DNA of 32,000 nt. Origin: Candidatus Heimdallarchaeota archaeon. Its GTDB lineage: Archaea; Asgardarchaeota; Heimdallarchaeia; Heimdallarchaeales; Kariarchaeaceae. The notes beneath the pieces are model-generated. The model was not told where the DNA came from and did not search any database. It saw only the letters and a list, made by a program, of their open reading frames with translations. The position numbers and the translations under genes are program-made. Position 1 is the first letter of the stretch. Every line of letters begins with the position of its first letter. The stretch spans positions 510,001 to 542,000 of the forward strand of contig JASBSB010000006.1 in assembly GCA_030149205.1 (NCBI GenBank), written 5' to 3'. This document shows positions 1 through 8,825 of the stretch, piece after piece.

Positions 1-237
1 TTCTATATGACCAAAGTGCCCCGGACAGCCACCGATCCTATTTCCACAGGTAGTACATCTGGTACCAGGGTCTATCGTCCCTAATGCCGAATCCATTAAC
101 CCATGAGGAATTGGTGTCCCATCCTCGTCAAATGTGTCTGCTGTAATAATACGTTGGACACTCATCTTTCGGATTTCATCTGGTGATAAAAGTCCGAACC
201 TTATTGCTGCAATAGATTTAGGTAAATTGTAAGCCAT
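1..237 (-). CDS. rpoA1: DNA-directed RNA polymerase subunit A' (Rpo1N), N-terminal 79 codons, runs off the window start
   Basis: Not in the ORF track. Manual translation from ATG at 235-237 gives [79 protein letters not shown]. It contains the [13 protein letters not shown] and CxxC...CPGHFGHIE clamp zinc motifs of the largest RNAP subunit. Confidence 0.97.
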   Translation of the reverse strand, partial: MAYNLPKSIAAIRFGLLSPDEIRKMSVQRIITADTFDEDGTPIPHGLMDSALGTIDPGTRCTTCGNRIGGCPGHFGHIE

Positions 238-423
238 GTCACACCCACGGAATTGTGATTGAAAAAAAAAAGCTCTTCGAGACAATTTGAAGAACTTTTA
301 GATATATCTTAACCTATTGGAGAATCAATTTTATTAAAGTATTAAGATGCCTCGCGCATAAAGTTAGGCATAAAAACCCTTTTTTTATGAAAGAAACTTT
401 TAACCAAATTCAAGAGAAATTTA

Positions 424-1035
424 TCATTCTTTTGTCTTAAGTTTCTCCTTTTCTTCTTTTGCCTTTTCTCGTTGAAGAATAAAGCTATGAGTAAACTGAT
501 AAAGCCACTCCATAATTTCTAACGATACAGATGGCTTGTTCTCAAATACATTCCAACCCCTATCATAAATTCGATTCAAACTCAGAGATTCAATAATTTG
601 GGAACGGCTTAAAGACCCTATTTGAGTAGTCTCTGGAATTACTATCGCAAGTGGTAAGGCCTTATCCTCGGTTTGCCAAATAAAATCTTTCCAAAAGGAT
701 TTCCTGATTTCTATCACTAAATCATCATCGACATCAAGATTTAGAACAATAGCATCAACTGAACTATTAGAGAAATTTTTCTTCCATTTGGAAAAGGATT
801 CGACTTCTTCAACCAACCATTCCGTCTTATCGTCAGAGGATTCATTTAATGAATCAAACAGACTTTTTGGCTTTCCAACCTTAAGATATAGGATTTTAGG
901 ATGGATGATTGAATACTTATTAAAGGCGAATCGAAGAGTATCCATAATTGAAATATTAAATAGACTTATAATAACTCTTCTTTTTGAATCCCAATGAAGA
1001 ATTAAAGTATTTTCATTAAAGGTTTTTATTAACAT
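424..1035 (-). CDS. Hypothetical protein, probable degenerate Arf-like small-GTPase fold (pseudo-GTPase)
   Basis: 203-aa ORF. The C-terminal half aligns by eye with Arf (WKKNFSNSSVDAIVLNLD; LPLAIV; GSLSRSQIIESLSLNRIYDRGWNVF; MEWL), but the G1, G3 and G4 motifs are absent. Confidence 0.6.
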   Translation of the reverse strand: MLIKTFNENTLILHWDSKRRVIISLFNISIMDTLRFAFNKYSIIHPKILYLKVGKPKSLFDSLNESSDDKTEWLVEEVESFSKWKKNFSNSSVDAIVLNLDVDDDLVIEIRKSFWKDFIWQTEDKALPLAIVIPETTQIGSLSRSQIIESLSLNRIYDRGWNVFENKPSVSLEIMEWLYQFTHSFILQREKAKEEKEKLKTKE

Positions 1036-1354
1036 TGCTAAAAAATAAAAAAAAGATTACCCTCTCAATATTTAACATCAAAAAATAAAAAGTCTAAAAT
1101 GTGTTTAAGCGTCAAAATATAAAGAAAAAGAAAGGAATAATTGTAATTTATTACCTTATATGATTTTATTTGAAATGTTATTTTTTAGATTTGATCATTA
1201 ACCATTCTCAAGTAATAAAATTCTTTAGAAAATTTAAATCAAAGAGAACTAGAAAATACTATACTATTCTAAAAGGTTCAAACTCAAATTCAACCCCCAT
1301 AGGTTAACAACATTAATAACAACACATATAAATTCAAGAAAGGAAGGATTTACA

Positions 1355-1993
1355 GTGAATAAGAAAAGAATAACTGTAATTTGTTTCCTTATTATTTTGA
1401 CTTTTTTAATCTCTCATTCACAAGCAACAGCCTATTCTGCAACGAGAGGAGTTGAACTCGGTGATACAATCAGGCTCGCATATAAGGGTGTGTTTAAGAA
1501 TGGAACAATTTTTGACCAAAACCAAAATGCTGTATTCAAGAATCTGCAATACGGAAATTATATTGATGGTTTTGTCACCAATGTGCTTGGAATGAAAATT
1601 GGAGAGTCTAAAACTTTTGAAGTTCCTCCATCTCAGGGGTACACTCAAAAAGGTCACAAATTATATGGACTTACCCTAATTTTCACTGTAAAGATACTTG
1701 GGGTACAGGGTTACACTAGTGCCGCTCCTCAATCGTCTGGTCCTAACATTCTAAGTCAGACATTTACAGTGATCGCGTGGATTGGGGGTATCATTCTTGC
1801 CCCAATAGTTGGTTATAGAGGTTATGAATATTTTAAAAACTCCACAGTTATAAACAAAAAGATTAATGTGTGTTCTGTATGTGGTGATAAGTCAGACGGT
1901 ATCTGTGCAAGTTGTGGTTTTCCATACTGCAGATCAGATTTTAGAAAGGGTTGCCCAAACTGTCATGCAAACACGTTCAAGCCTAAGTCCTAA
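1355..1993 (+). CDS. Membrane-anchored FKBP-type peptidyl-prolyl isomerase with signal peptide, one TM helix and a C-terminal Cys-rich zinc finger
   Basis: GTG start. Basic-hydrophobic N-terminus with an AxA site (QATA). FKBP core GDTIRLAYKGVFKNGTIFD...YIDGF...GMKIGESKTFEVPPSQGY...LIFTVKIL. TM segment FTVIAWIGGIILAPIVGY. Seven Cys in the last 40 aa. Confidence 0.85.
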   Translation: MNKKRITVICFLIILTFLISHSQATAYSATRGVELGDTIRLAYKGVFKNGTIFDQNQNAVFKNLQYGNYIDGFVTNVLGMKIGESKTFEVPPSQGYTQKGHKLYGLTLIFTVKILGVQGYTSAAPQSSGPNILSQTFTVIAWIGGIILAPIVGYRGYEYFKNSTVINKKINVCSVCGDKSDGICASCGFPYCRSDFRKGCPNCHANTFKPKS

Positions 1994-2056
1994 AATATAA
2001 TATCCTCATGTATACAACTACAATTTTTTTAAGTATAAGCATTATTTGGTAAACTG

Positions 2057-2788
2057 TTGAAGAAAAAGATTGAACTACGTTCTCCCCATAGGAAAAGAGA
2101 GATGAGAACTTTTCCAATCAATGTTATTGACATAGATATGCTAAATCCTCATGAAATGATAATTGAAAGCGAGTTAGAGTTTGTTATTGAAGATTTAAAA
2201 AAAAATAAGATTTTATGGTATCCAATTGTCATTGACAAGAAATCTAAGATTGTGTTAGATGGACATCATAGGTTCGAAGCTCTCAAAAGACTTGGATTCA
2301 AGAAAATACCTGTGATTGAACTTGATTATCAAGATGAGGATTTGATACAGGTCGACACCTGGTATCCTATTATTAAGGTAGAATTGACAAAGTTTCTTGA
2401 AGAATTGAAAGAACTTGGCTTTATTTTCTCACCACTTGTAAAAATTGAAAACTCCCTTCTTCAGGATTTGTCTAAACTAAAATCTAGAGATATTACAGCA
2501 ATTATACATAACAACAAACTCCAATGTCATGTTAAGGGTGATAGAGAGAAAATCTTTCAGCTCATTAACAAAAAATACCTAGAGGGAATAATATACACAG
2601 ATTCTCAAGAGTTATCAATAAAACATAGTGACTTGAATACCACCTCAGTGATTTCTTGGGGATATACAAAGAAGGAAATTGTGCAATTAGCACTAAAGGG
2701 CAGAACATTTTTACCAAAAACAACTCGTCATACCATCAAATACCAATATCAAAGAATTGATTTCAATATTGATGAATTAACAACTTAA
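2057..2788 (+). CDS. serK: ADP-dependent L-serine kinase (SerK family, ParB/Srx fold)
   Basis: 243 aa. Motifs PHE..IESELE, W.PI, DGHHR, LG.KKIP..ELDY, TWYP and C-terminal PKTTRH match Thermococcales SerK as I recall it. The start is TTG 2057 or ATG 2102. Confidence 0.8.
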   Translation: MKKKIELRSPHRKREMRTFPINVIDIDMLNPHEMIIESELEFVIEDLKKNKILWYPIVIDKKSKIVLDGHHRFEALKRLGFKKIPVIELDYQDEDLIQVDTWYPIIKVELTKFLEELKELGFIFSPLVKIENSLLQDLSKLKSRDITAIIHNNKLQCHVKGDREKIFQLINKKYLEGIIYTDSQELSIKHSDLNTTSVISWGYTKKEIVQLALKGRTFLPKTTRHTIKYQYQRIDFNIDELTT

Positions 2789-2833
2789 GCATCAAAAAAT
2801 TAATTCAGTAAATAATTAAGTAAGCATCGTTTC

Positions 2834-2841
2834 CTTTATAT
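2834..2841 (+). promoter_or_regulatory. Putative TATA box for the AAA-vWA operon
   Basis: CTTTATAT ends 24 nt before ATG 2866, the spacing expected for a leaderless transcript. Confidence 0.45.
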
Positions 2842-2865
2842 CAAGGTCGAAGTAAACGCGAGTAT

Positions 2866-4410
2866 ATGGTAACAATAGGGAAATTAATGGAGGATGGTTA
2901 CGACGGTTGTTCCATTAGATCAATTATGACGGATCTGTCATTTCGTTCCCGTGTACTTTCAGATAATACAGTCAGAGGAAATGATGAATCAAAGAAGTTA
3001 GTAATGGATAAGATTGCAGTCGGTGGAAAAGTCCTACTAACTGGCCCTACAGGAGAAGCTAAGACTCTCTTCGCCAGGGTACTACTTAATCATATTACCA
3101 GAGAAATCAATACTAAGAAGTATCATATAAAAACAAGTCCATTTTTGGAAGATGCTGGATATATTATCAAAGTTATACAAAATTATGATAAAAATATTTT
3201 TAGTTCAATAGCTGTACTTCAAAGTCTTTCCCCATATAGTAGAATTGCTATTGAGAGTGTACTATCTGATGCTACAACAAAGGTAAATCTTGATAATACA
3301 GAACAACTAATAAAACTTGGAAAGAAAGTTCCTGAGGCATTGATGGAGTTAGAAGCTGAAAAAACCTTGGTGAGAACTGCACAGATTGACCCAAGAAATG
3401 ACCCTGATTCTTTGTATATGCTTCTTGCAGGTGTTGAAAACTTAGAGCAATTATTTAGTAAGGAAAGTGAAACAACATTTCACCATACAACTCATAAAGT
3501 TGGATCATTATCCCAAGGATTTCTTATAGTTAATGAGATACAGAGATTACACCTATCTTTGCTGGAGTCTCTTATGGGGTTCCTGGAGGATCCTGAGGGT
3601 ATAAAATACAACCTTGCAGGTCAACCAATTTACGTCGATGGAGCAATAATTTTTACTTCCAATGCACCACTAACTGTATTCGGAGAAGAGTCACAACCTA
3701 TAATCAACCGTATTCCTGAAGTACTGTGGCCAGCACGTAATATTGAGGATAGAATTTCAATAGTTCAAGATATGTTTGAAGAACATCTGGTTTTACAAAG
3801 AGCAAATATCGTTGCTAATCCTACCTTAATTCAAATGTATGAACTAACTGGAATGGGGAAAAATGACTTTATTTCTAAATTAGCCATTGAATTTGTAGCA
3901 ACACTTGCTGGTGAATCAATACCTAACTCATTAAAGAATCTCAGAGGAAGATCAGAGAACAGAAACACACGTGCAGAGTTCTATTCTGGCCTTGATGAAA
4001 TTCACAACCCTCAAAGGAGCCCACATATTGACCTGCGTACCTTGAATAACGCAATTGGAGAGATAGTTATTAGGGCTACTGAGGATATAACCACTGAGGG
4101 GAATATTTTAACCTTAGAAAGTGTCCAGAAGACTTTAGAGCTTTATGATATTTCACCCACACTAATTAACAATGCACTTCAGTCAATCAAGTTAAACCTC
4201 AGGAATCATATTAGAGAAGGTGAGAGCGCAATTAAGGTGGAGGATGTTTCTGAAGAACTAGACCGGTTAACCTCTCTTACTGAGCAAGACCTGATTTCAA
4301 TCATCATGAGCTATGAATCCCTTGAAGGAAAAGATAAGAAGGATGTTGATGAGATTTTGACTAAGCTTAAACCAAGCTACGAATCCTTATTAGAAGTAGC
4401 ATACTTATAA
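2866..4410 (+). CDS. AAA+ ATPase, chelatase/MoxR-related (Rv0958-like family with NE-type Walker B)
   Basis: Walker A GPTGEAKT, Walker B variant FLIVNE, sensor-1 TSN, Arg finger PIINRI. The N-terminal TIGKL..GY..SI pattern resembles the actinobacterial Rv0958 chelatase-like family. A vWA gene follows. Confidence 0.8.
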   Translation: MVTIGKLMEDGYDGCSIRSIMTDLSFRSRVLSDNTVRGNDESKKLVMDKIAVGGKVLLTGPTGEAKTLFARVLLNHITREINTKKYHIKTSPFLEDAGYIIKVIQNYDKNIFSSIAVLQSLSPYSRIAIESVLSDATTKVNLDNTEQLIKLGKKVPEALMELEAEKTLVRTAQIDPRNDPDSLYMLLAGVENLEQLFSKESETTFHHTTHKVGSLSQGFLIVNEIQRLHLSLLESLMGFLEDPEGIKYNLAGQPIYVDGAIIFTSNAPLTVFGEESQPIINRIPEVLWPARNIEDRISIVQDMFEEHLVLQRANIVANPTLIQMYELTGMGKNDFISKLAIEFVATLAGESIPNSLKNLRGRSENRNTRAEFYSGLDEIHNPQRSPHIDLRTLNNAIGEIVIRATEDITTEGNILTLESVQKTLELYDISPTLINNALQSIKLNLRNHIREGESAIKVEDVSEELDRLTSLTEQDLISIIMSYESLEGKDKKDVDEILTKLKPSYESLLEVAYL

Positions 4411-4421
4411 GAGGAATTTAA

Positions 4422-5801
4422 ATGCCTCACAGGATCAAATGGTTAACAGAAGCACATTATCAGGATCCATTGGTAGACTATGGGTCAACTGAATTTGTAT
4501 TACAGTTTGAGAATGCTGCAGATCTGTTACAAAAATGGAGAAATCCTAAACTAGGAAGATCATCAAGAGAAGGAACGGTTATTCGATTAGCAAATGAGGC
4601 TAATCGTACGATAACAACCATTGAGAATACGCTTCTGACAACCTCATTAGATGAGAAAACAGAGAGAGACTTGATCGAACAACTAAAAATTTTGAACTTT
4701 ATGTTGAACTTTACCCTTCCTGAGGCACTGGAATTAATCAATACCGACCAGTTGCTTTCTATTGAAGATGTGTTAAAATTCATACAAAAACATCTTAACC
4801 TTATGCAACAAGAAATTCAGATAGACGTAGGAATGGCTCAGGGGATACTGAACCAATTAAAGGATATTACTGACATCGAAATAAAGGATCAGTTTGGTAG
4901 GTCACGAAAAGTTAATCGAGATGAAGTGTTGGATGTTTTAGGAAGGACATTGGCAAATTTGATCATACGACAGTCATCTCTCAGACCTGTAGACCAGGTT
5001 GATATCAAACCTCGAGGTAAGCTACTGCTAAAAGAGACATTTAAAGCAGCTGTGTTAAGAACCTCTCGAATACCACCAGATGAGGTAATTTCAGATGATA
5101 TAAGAGTTGTAAATCAGGATAGGCTTTCATTGATTTACTTTATTGTAGATGTAAGTCAATCTATGTCAATACCAGTGTTTTCAGGAGGGCTCACAAGATT
5201 AGATGGCGCACTACTCACCTCACTAGGAATGTTTTATTATTTCAATACAGTAAACAGACGGAAACGTCGATCATTTGATACTTTTAAGATGCATCTTGTT
5301 CCTGTGACCAAACTTCCTTATGTGATAGAAGACAAGAGAAAATTGGAAGATTTTCTCTATAATGCTGAGGCAAAGGGAAAAACAAGATTGGTGCATGCTT
5401 TAAATGCAGTACATAATCATGTGAAATCCTATCAAAAAAACAATGATTTTGATGTTCAGGTAATTGTCCTAACAGATGGAAGACCAAATGTCCCCTTTGA
5501 GGGAAGAGTCCCAGGTGTTAAAAATAAGTTCCTAAATGAATATTTAAATGAATCTACCACAAACGTAGATACCAAGACCTGTATGCTTCAGCTTAACCAG
5601 TTTTTCAACTATTTAAAAAGAAACACAATCCGAGAATGGGATATTTCATATTTCCTGATGGCACCAGAAAAATTTAGGAATTCTGACCTGTTTAAGGACA
5701 CTCAGGTAATGTTAACAGGAATAACAAAACCAGTATTAGTTGATCCAACACAGATAGAAAAGCTTGGTGCAACTATTATTAGGAATATGGTGATGGGCTG
5801 A
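4422..5801 (+). CDS. von Willebrand factor A domain protein
   Basis: Intact MIDAS (FIVDVSQS, GKT, VLTDG) in the C-terminal half, preceded by LKETFKAAVLR, a segment typical of CoxE/ChlD-like vWA partners. Helical N-terminal half. Confidence 0.9.
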   Translation: MPHRIKWLTEAHYQDPLVDYGSTEFVLQFENAADLLQKWRNPKLGRSSREGTVIRLANEANRTITTIENTLLTTSLDEKTERDLIEQLKILNFMLNFTLPEALELINTDQLLSIEDVLKFIQKHLNLMQQEIQIDVGMAQGILNQLKDITDIEIKDQFGRSRKVNRDEVLDVLGRTLANLIIRQSSLRPVDQVDIKPRGKLLLKETFKAAVLRTSRIPPDEVISDDIRVVNQDRLSLIYFIVDVSQSMSIPVFSGGLTRLDGALLTSLGMFYYFNTVNRRKRRSFDTFKMHLVPVTKLPYVIEDKRKLEDFLYNAEAKGKTRLVHALNAVHNHVKSYQKNNDFDVQVIVLTDGRPNVPFEGRVPGVKNKFLNEYLNESTTNVDTKTCMLQLNQFFNYLKRNTIREWDISYFLMAPEKFRNSDLFKDTQVMLTGITKPVLVDPTQIEKLGATIIRNMVMG

Positions 5802-7318
5802 TGTTAGAACTAAAACAAGAATTTCTTGAAGCATATTTAGAAGCAAGAAAAGAGTTGAAAGAATTAATTGGAAAGGATCCGTCAGATTATGTTGTTGCTT
5901 TATTTATAGATTCACAAATTTATGATTCTGTACTAATGCAAACCTTACAAGGAGAGACACCCCATGCATTATTATCAACCAATGAATTAGAGCTATTACG
6001 GGAGATTAAGGATAATAAAAAGATTGTCCCTAATGGTATAGATCTATTTTTTGGATCTAAAAAACCAAGGATCTATCTGCCCAGTAACAGATTTAAATTG
6101 TCCAAGCAGGTGTTAAAAGCTAAATTAGTTCAGTTGCTTGCAATGGCAACTCTCTGTGAAAATAGCATGTCTAGATTTCCGACCCTTTTAGAACAGATAT
6201 ATAGAAATGATTCTATCATTAAAGAACTTTTTTCAAATAATGTATTCGAGTTGATCAAAGAGAGAGGAACTCCATGGGCATGGCAATATTTCCAAGATTT
6301 TGTTGCAACCATGAGATTGCTAGCAATTTATGGGTTTGATGATTTTTATGTTCCACCGAACACAGTTAGGAAAACTTCAGTCTTCTATAACTTTTTACTT
6401 GAAATAAAGGATATTAACAAGGAGAGGGCCCAACTCACAAGAAAACTTCCTTTGTTTGATCTTGTACTTGTTGGATTTGGTCATAAGGTATTGCGGACAT
6501 ACATAAACTCCTTACCTGAGAAAGTCCAGGAAGGGGTGGTTCCACAATTAAAAGCTAATCTCGGTCAACCAATTGGAGAGTTAGGTTCAATGTTTTTTGA
6601 TCTCTTGTCTGAATTAGAGGAAAATAAAGATAAAAACATCTTGGAGATAGCTACTGACTTAAAAAGTGATTATGACCTTGTACGTCACTGGAATAGGAAA
6701 GAAACTAAGCAATTCGTAGAAGAACTAAGAGAAAAATCAAGCCAAGAGGCAATTCATTGGCATTCATACCGAAATGGCTATTGGACTGACCTTTGGCCAC
6801 TTAGAGCTCGAACCTTTGATCAGGTCGCTGCATATATTGGAAAGATTCAAAGGAAAAATATGAGTCTTTTAGCAGATATATTGGAAGATAAACCAGAAGT
6901 AGAATATCATGGAAGTATAGAACTCTCTGACAAGGAAGTAGTGGTATTTAGTATCAAACCTGATACAATAGGTCAAGAACAATTAATAATTCTTAGAAAT
7001 CATCTGCTTGCCAGAAAAGATGAATTTCTCACGCCCCTACCAGGATTACCTGATGTAATTGTATTTAAAAAATTTGCTGGGATGCACATTGCCTCATATA
7101 TTGGAGTAAAGAATACCGACAGATATCCAAAATCCCCATATGATTTACCATTAATAACAAGGGCAATTCAGGTATCCAAGAAAAAGGATGCTTATCTTAG
7201 TGTATTGAGAGAGGAGGAAGGAAAACTTAGTGAGACTGCAGATTATTCTAAATTAAAGGGGCTCTCTGAACCTCAACATAGAGCAATTCGATATCTCATT
7301 AGACAGGAGGACAGTTGA
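5801..7318 (+). CDS. Hypothetical protein (505 aa), third gene of the AAA-vWA operon
   Basis: Long ORF whose start overlaps the upstream stop (TGATG, shared base 5801). No family recognised with confidence. Confidence 0.85.
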   Translation: MLELKQEFLEAYLEARKELKELIGKDPSDYVVALFIDSQIYDSVLMQTLQGETPHALLSTNELELLREIKDNKKIVPNGIDLFFGSKKPRIYLPSNRFKLSKQVLKAKLVQLLAMATLCENSMSRFPTLLEQIYRNDSIIKELFSNNVFELIKERGTPWAWQYFQDFVATMRLLAIYGFDDFYVPPNTVRKTSVFYNFLLEIKDINKERAQLTRKLPLFDLVLVGFGHKVLRTYINSLPEKVQEGVVPQLKANLGQPIGELGSMFFDLLSELEENKDKNILEIATDLKSDYDLVRHWNRKETKQFVEELREKSSQEAIHWHSYRNGYWTDLWPLRARTFDQVAAYIGKIQRKNMSLLADILEDKPEVEYHGSIELSDKEVVVFSIKPDTIGQEQLIILRNHLLARKDEFLTPLPGLPDVIVFKKFAGMHIASYIGVKNTDRYPKSPYDLPLITRAIQVSKKKDAYLSVLREEEGKLSETADYSKLKGLSEPQHRAIRYLIRQEDS

Positions 7319-7319
7319 A

Positions 7320-8126
7320 ATGGGACCTTTTAAGAAAATCAATGACAATCTTCTCAGTAGAATTGCAAGAAAGAGGCTTTCTAACCAAAATAACCTAGAT
7401 AAAATATCTGCTATTCACGTTTTGATGGAAGTTGGAACAATTCAAGACTTAGAAACTCTATTGCTGAATCTTTGGAAAGAACCTACCCATGAAATCCAAA
7501 TTGAGATGCTTAAAGCCATCAAACATTTAACAAAATCATTGAATTACACAAAGGCAACTGATATTATCAAAAAATATCTTTCTACTGGTAATTTAAGAGA
7601 AAGAATGCTTGCTGTTGAATTATGTGAGCCTTTTCCACTTGTCACAAGAGAGAATATTCTATTGGAAAAATCAAAAGAAAGTGAGGATGATTTGTTATTT
7701 TTACTGGTCAGAGTTTTAAGAGGTTCAAAAGATCTTGACTTTTTAGATAGAATTATTTCACATTCCTTTACAAAAGATCTGGTTTTACGTAGAGCAATCT
7801 ATACAACCTGGTTTGAGGGTATCAGCAACCTCCCAGAGGATCAAAAGCTTTATTACGGAACTAAAAATATTCATACTCTCATTCGTGCAACCTACGAGAT
7901 GAATGATAAGGGTACTCTCCTTAATTGGGTACTTGCAAATGCTGATAGAAGTGATTTACCAGAACCAAAGGCATATCCTGAATTTATCTTTCGATATGTA
8001 ATCAGTTTAATTCATCGTTGGGAGTATGACCCAGACGTGAATCGTGCACTTCATCAGTTAATCGTTCCAGCGTATTTCACATTTGATGAGAGGAATGATG
8101 ACCTCAAAGAGTTCGTGATTGTATAA
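7320..8126 (+). CDS. HEAT-repeat (alpha-solenoid) protein
   Basis: Repeated amphipathic helix pairs with HEAT-like signatures (DKISAIHVL, EIQIEMLKAI, RERMLAVEL, VLRRAI). Starts 1 nt after the upstream stop. Confidence 0.65.
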   Translation: MGPFKKINDNLLSRIARKRLSNQNNLDKISAIHVLMEVGTIQDLETLLLNLWKEPTHEIQIEMLKAIKHLTKSLNYTKATDIIKKYLSTGNLRERMLAVELCEPFPLVTRENILLEKSKESEDDLLFLLVRVLRGSKDLDFLDRIISHSFTKDLVLRRAIYTTWFEGISNLPEDQKLYYGTKNIHTLIRATYEMNDKGTLLNWVLANADRSDLPEPKAYPEFIFRYVISLIHRWEYDPDVNRALHQLIVPAYFTFDERNDDLKEFVIV

Positions 8127-8170
8127 AATTTTTATATATATCTAAAACTTTCCGTGAGTAATTGAATACA

Positions 8171-8587
8171 TCATAAAGCCATGATTAATTCATTCATATC
8201 ATTCTGCCATTTCCAGAATCCCCAATAAATTAATACAAAGAAAGGAATAATTAGAAAAGTTAATATTGACATTAATATAACCATTACAGGAGATGTGCCT
8301 TCAGGAAGACCTTTTGCCATCCTTAAAGTGTTAAGGTTTGAATATCGAGTCCAAGCTGGAATAAACCAAAGAATTGGAAAAAAAATCCCAATAAACAATA
8401 ATAAAAATGCCATTAAGGGACTCATAGTTGAAACAGGGGTGCCCCCTTGTGAGACTATTTGAGCAGCTTGTTCCATTTCAGAGAAGTTAAACCAAAGATA
8501 AACCAAAAATCCAATTCCTGTAAAAATAGATAGGAGGAACCAGTTAGTTGCATTTCTTGTAGGTATAGGTGTCATTTGTTGTGCCAT
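8171..8587 (-). CDS. Small membrane protein, DUF4234-like
   Basis: Three hydrophobic segments with the pattern WFLLSIFTGIGFLVYLW ... WQNDMN. Confidence 0.6.
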   Translation of the reverse strand: MAQQMTPIPTRNATNWFLLSIFTGIGFLVYLWFNFSEMEQAAQIVSQGGTPVSTMSPLMAFLLLFIGIFFPILWFIPAWTRYSNLNTLRMAKGLPEGTSPVMVILMSILTFLIIPFFVLIYWGFWKWQNDMNELIMAL

Positions 8588-8825
8588 TGTACCACTGTGC
8601 TGATTGATAATTAATAAATTATAAATTTTTCTCCTAGCTATTTCATTTATATCAATATTCTATATAATTCCTATCATATGTATAAATTTCTTATAATTGA
8701 GTAATTACATAAGAAGAGATATTGTAAATTATTTTTATCACAAATTAAATTCATTAAAAAACATGAATTTACGTTTAAATACTTTTAATTGTATATTTAT
8801 AGGTTATTACTATAATAAATAGATG

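Noticed and set aside
347-389. Two adjacent inverted repeats (ATGCCT/AGGCAT and CATAAAAA/TTTTTATG) between rpo1N and the upstream ORF
   Set aside because: The stems are short and AT-rich and are expected by chance; there is no independent support for a structured RNA or terminator.
2866-4410. Annotation as true magnesium/cobalt chelatase subunit I
   Set aside because: The NE Walker B and N-terminus fit the Rv0958-like family better, and no ChlH/CobN or tetrapyrrole genes are nearby.
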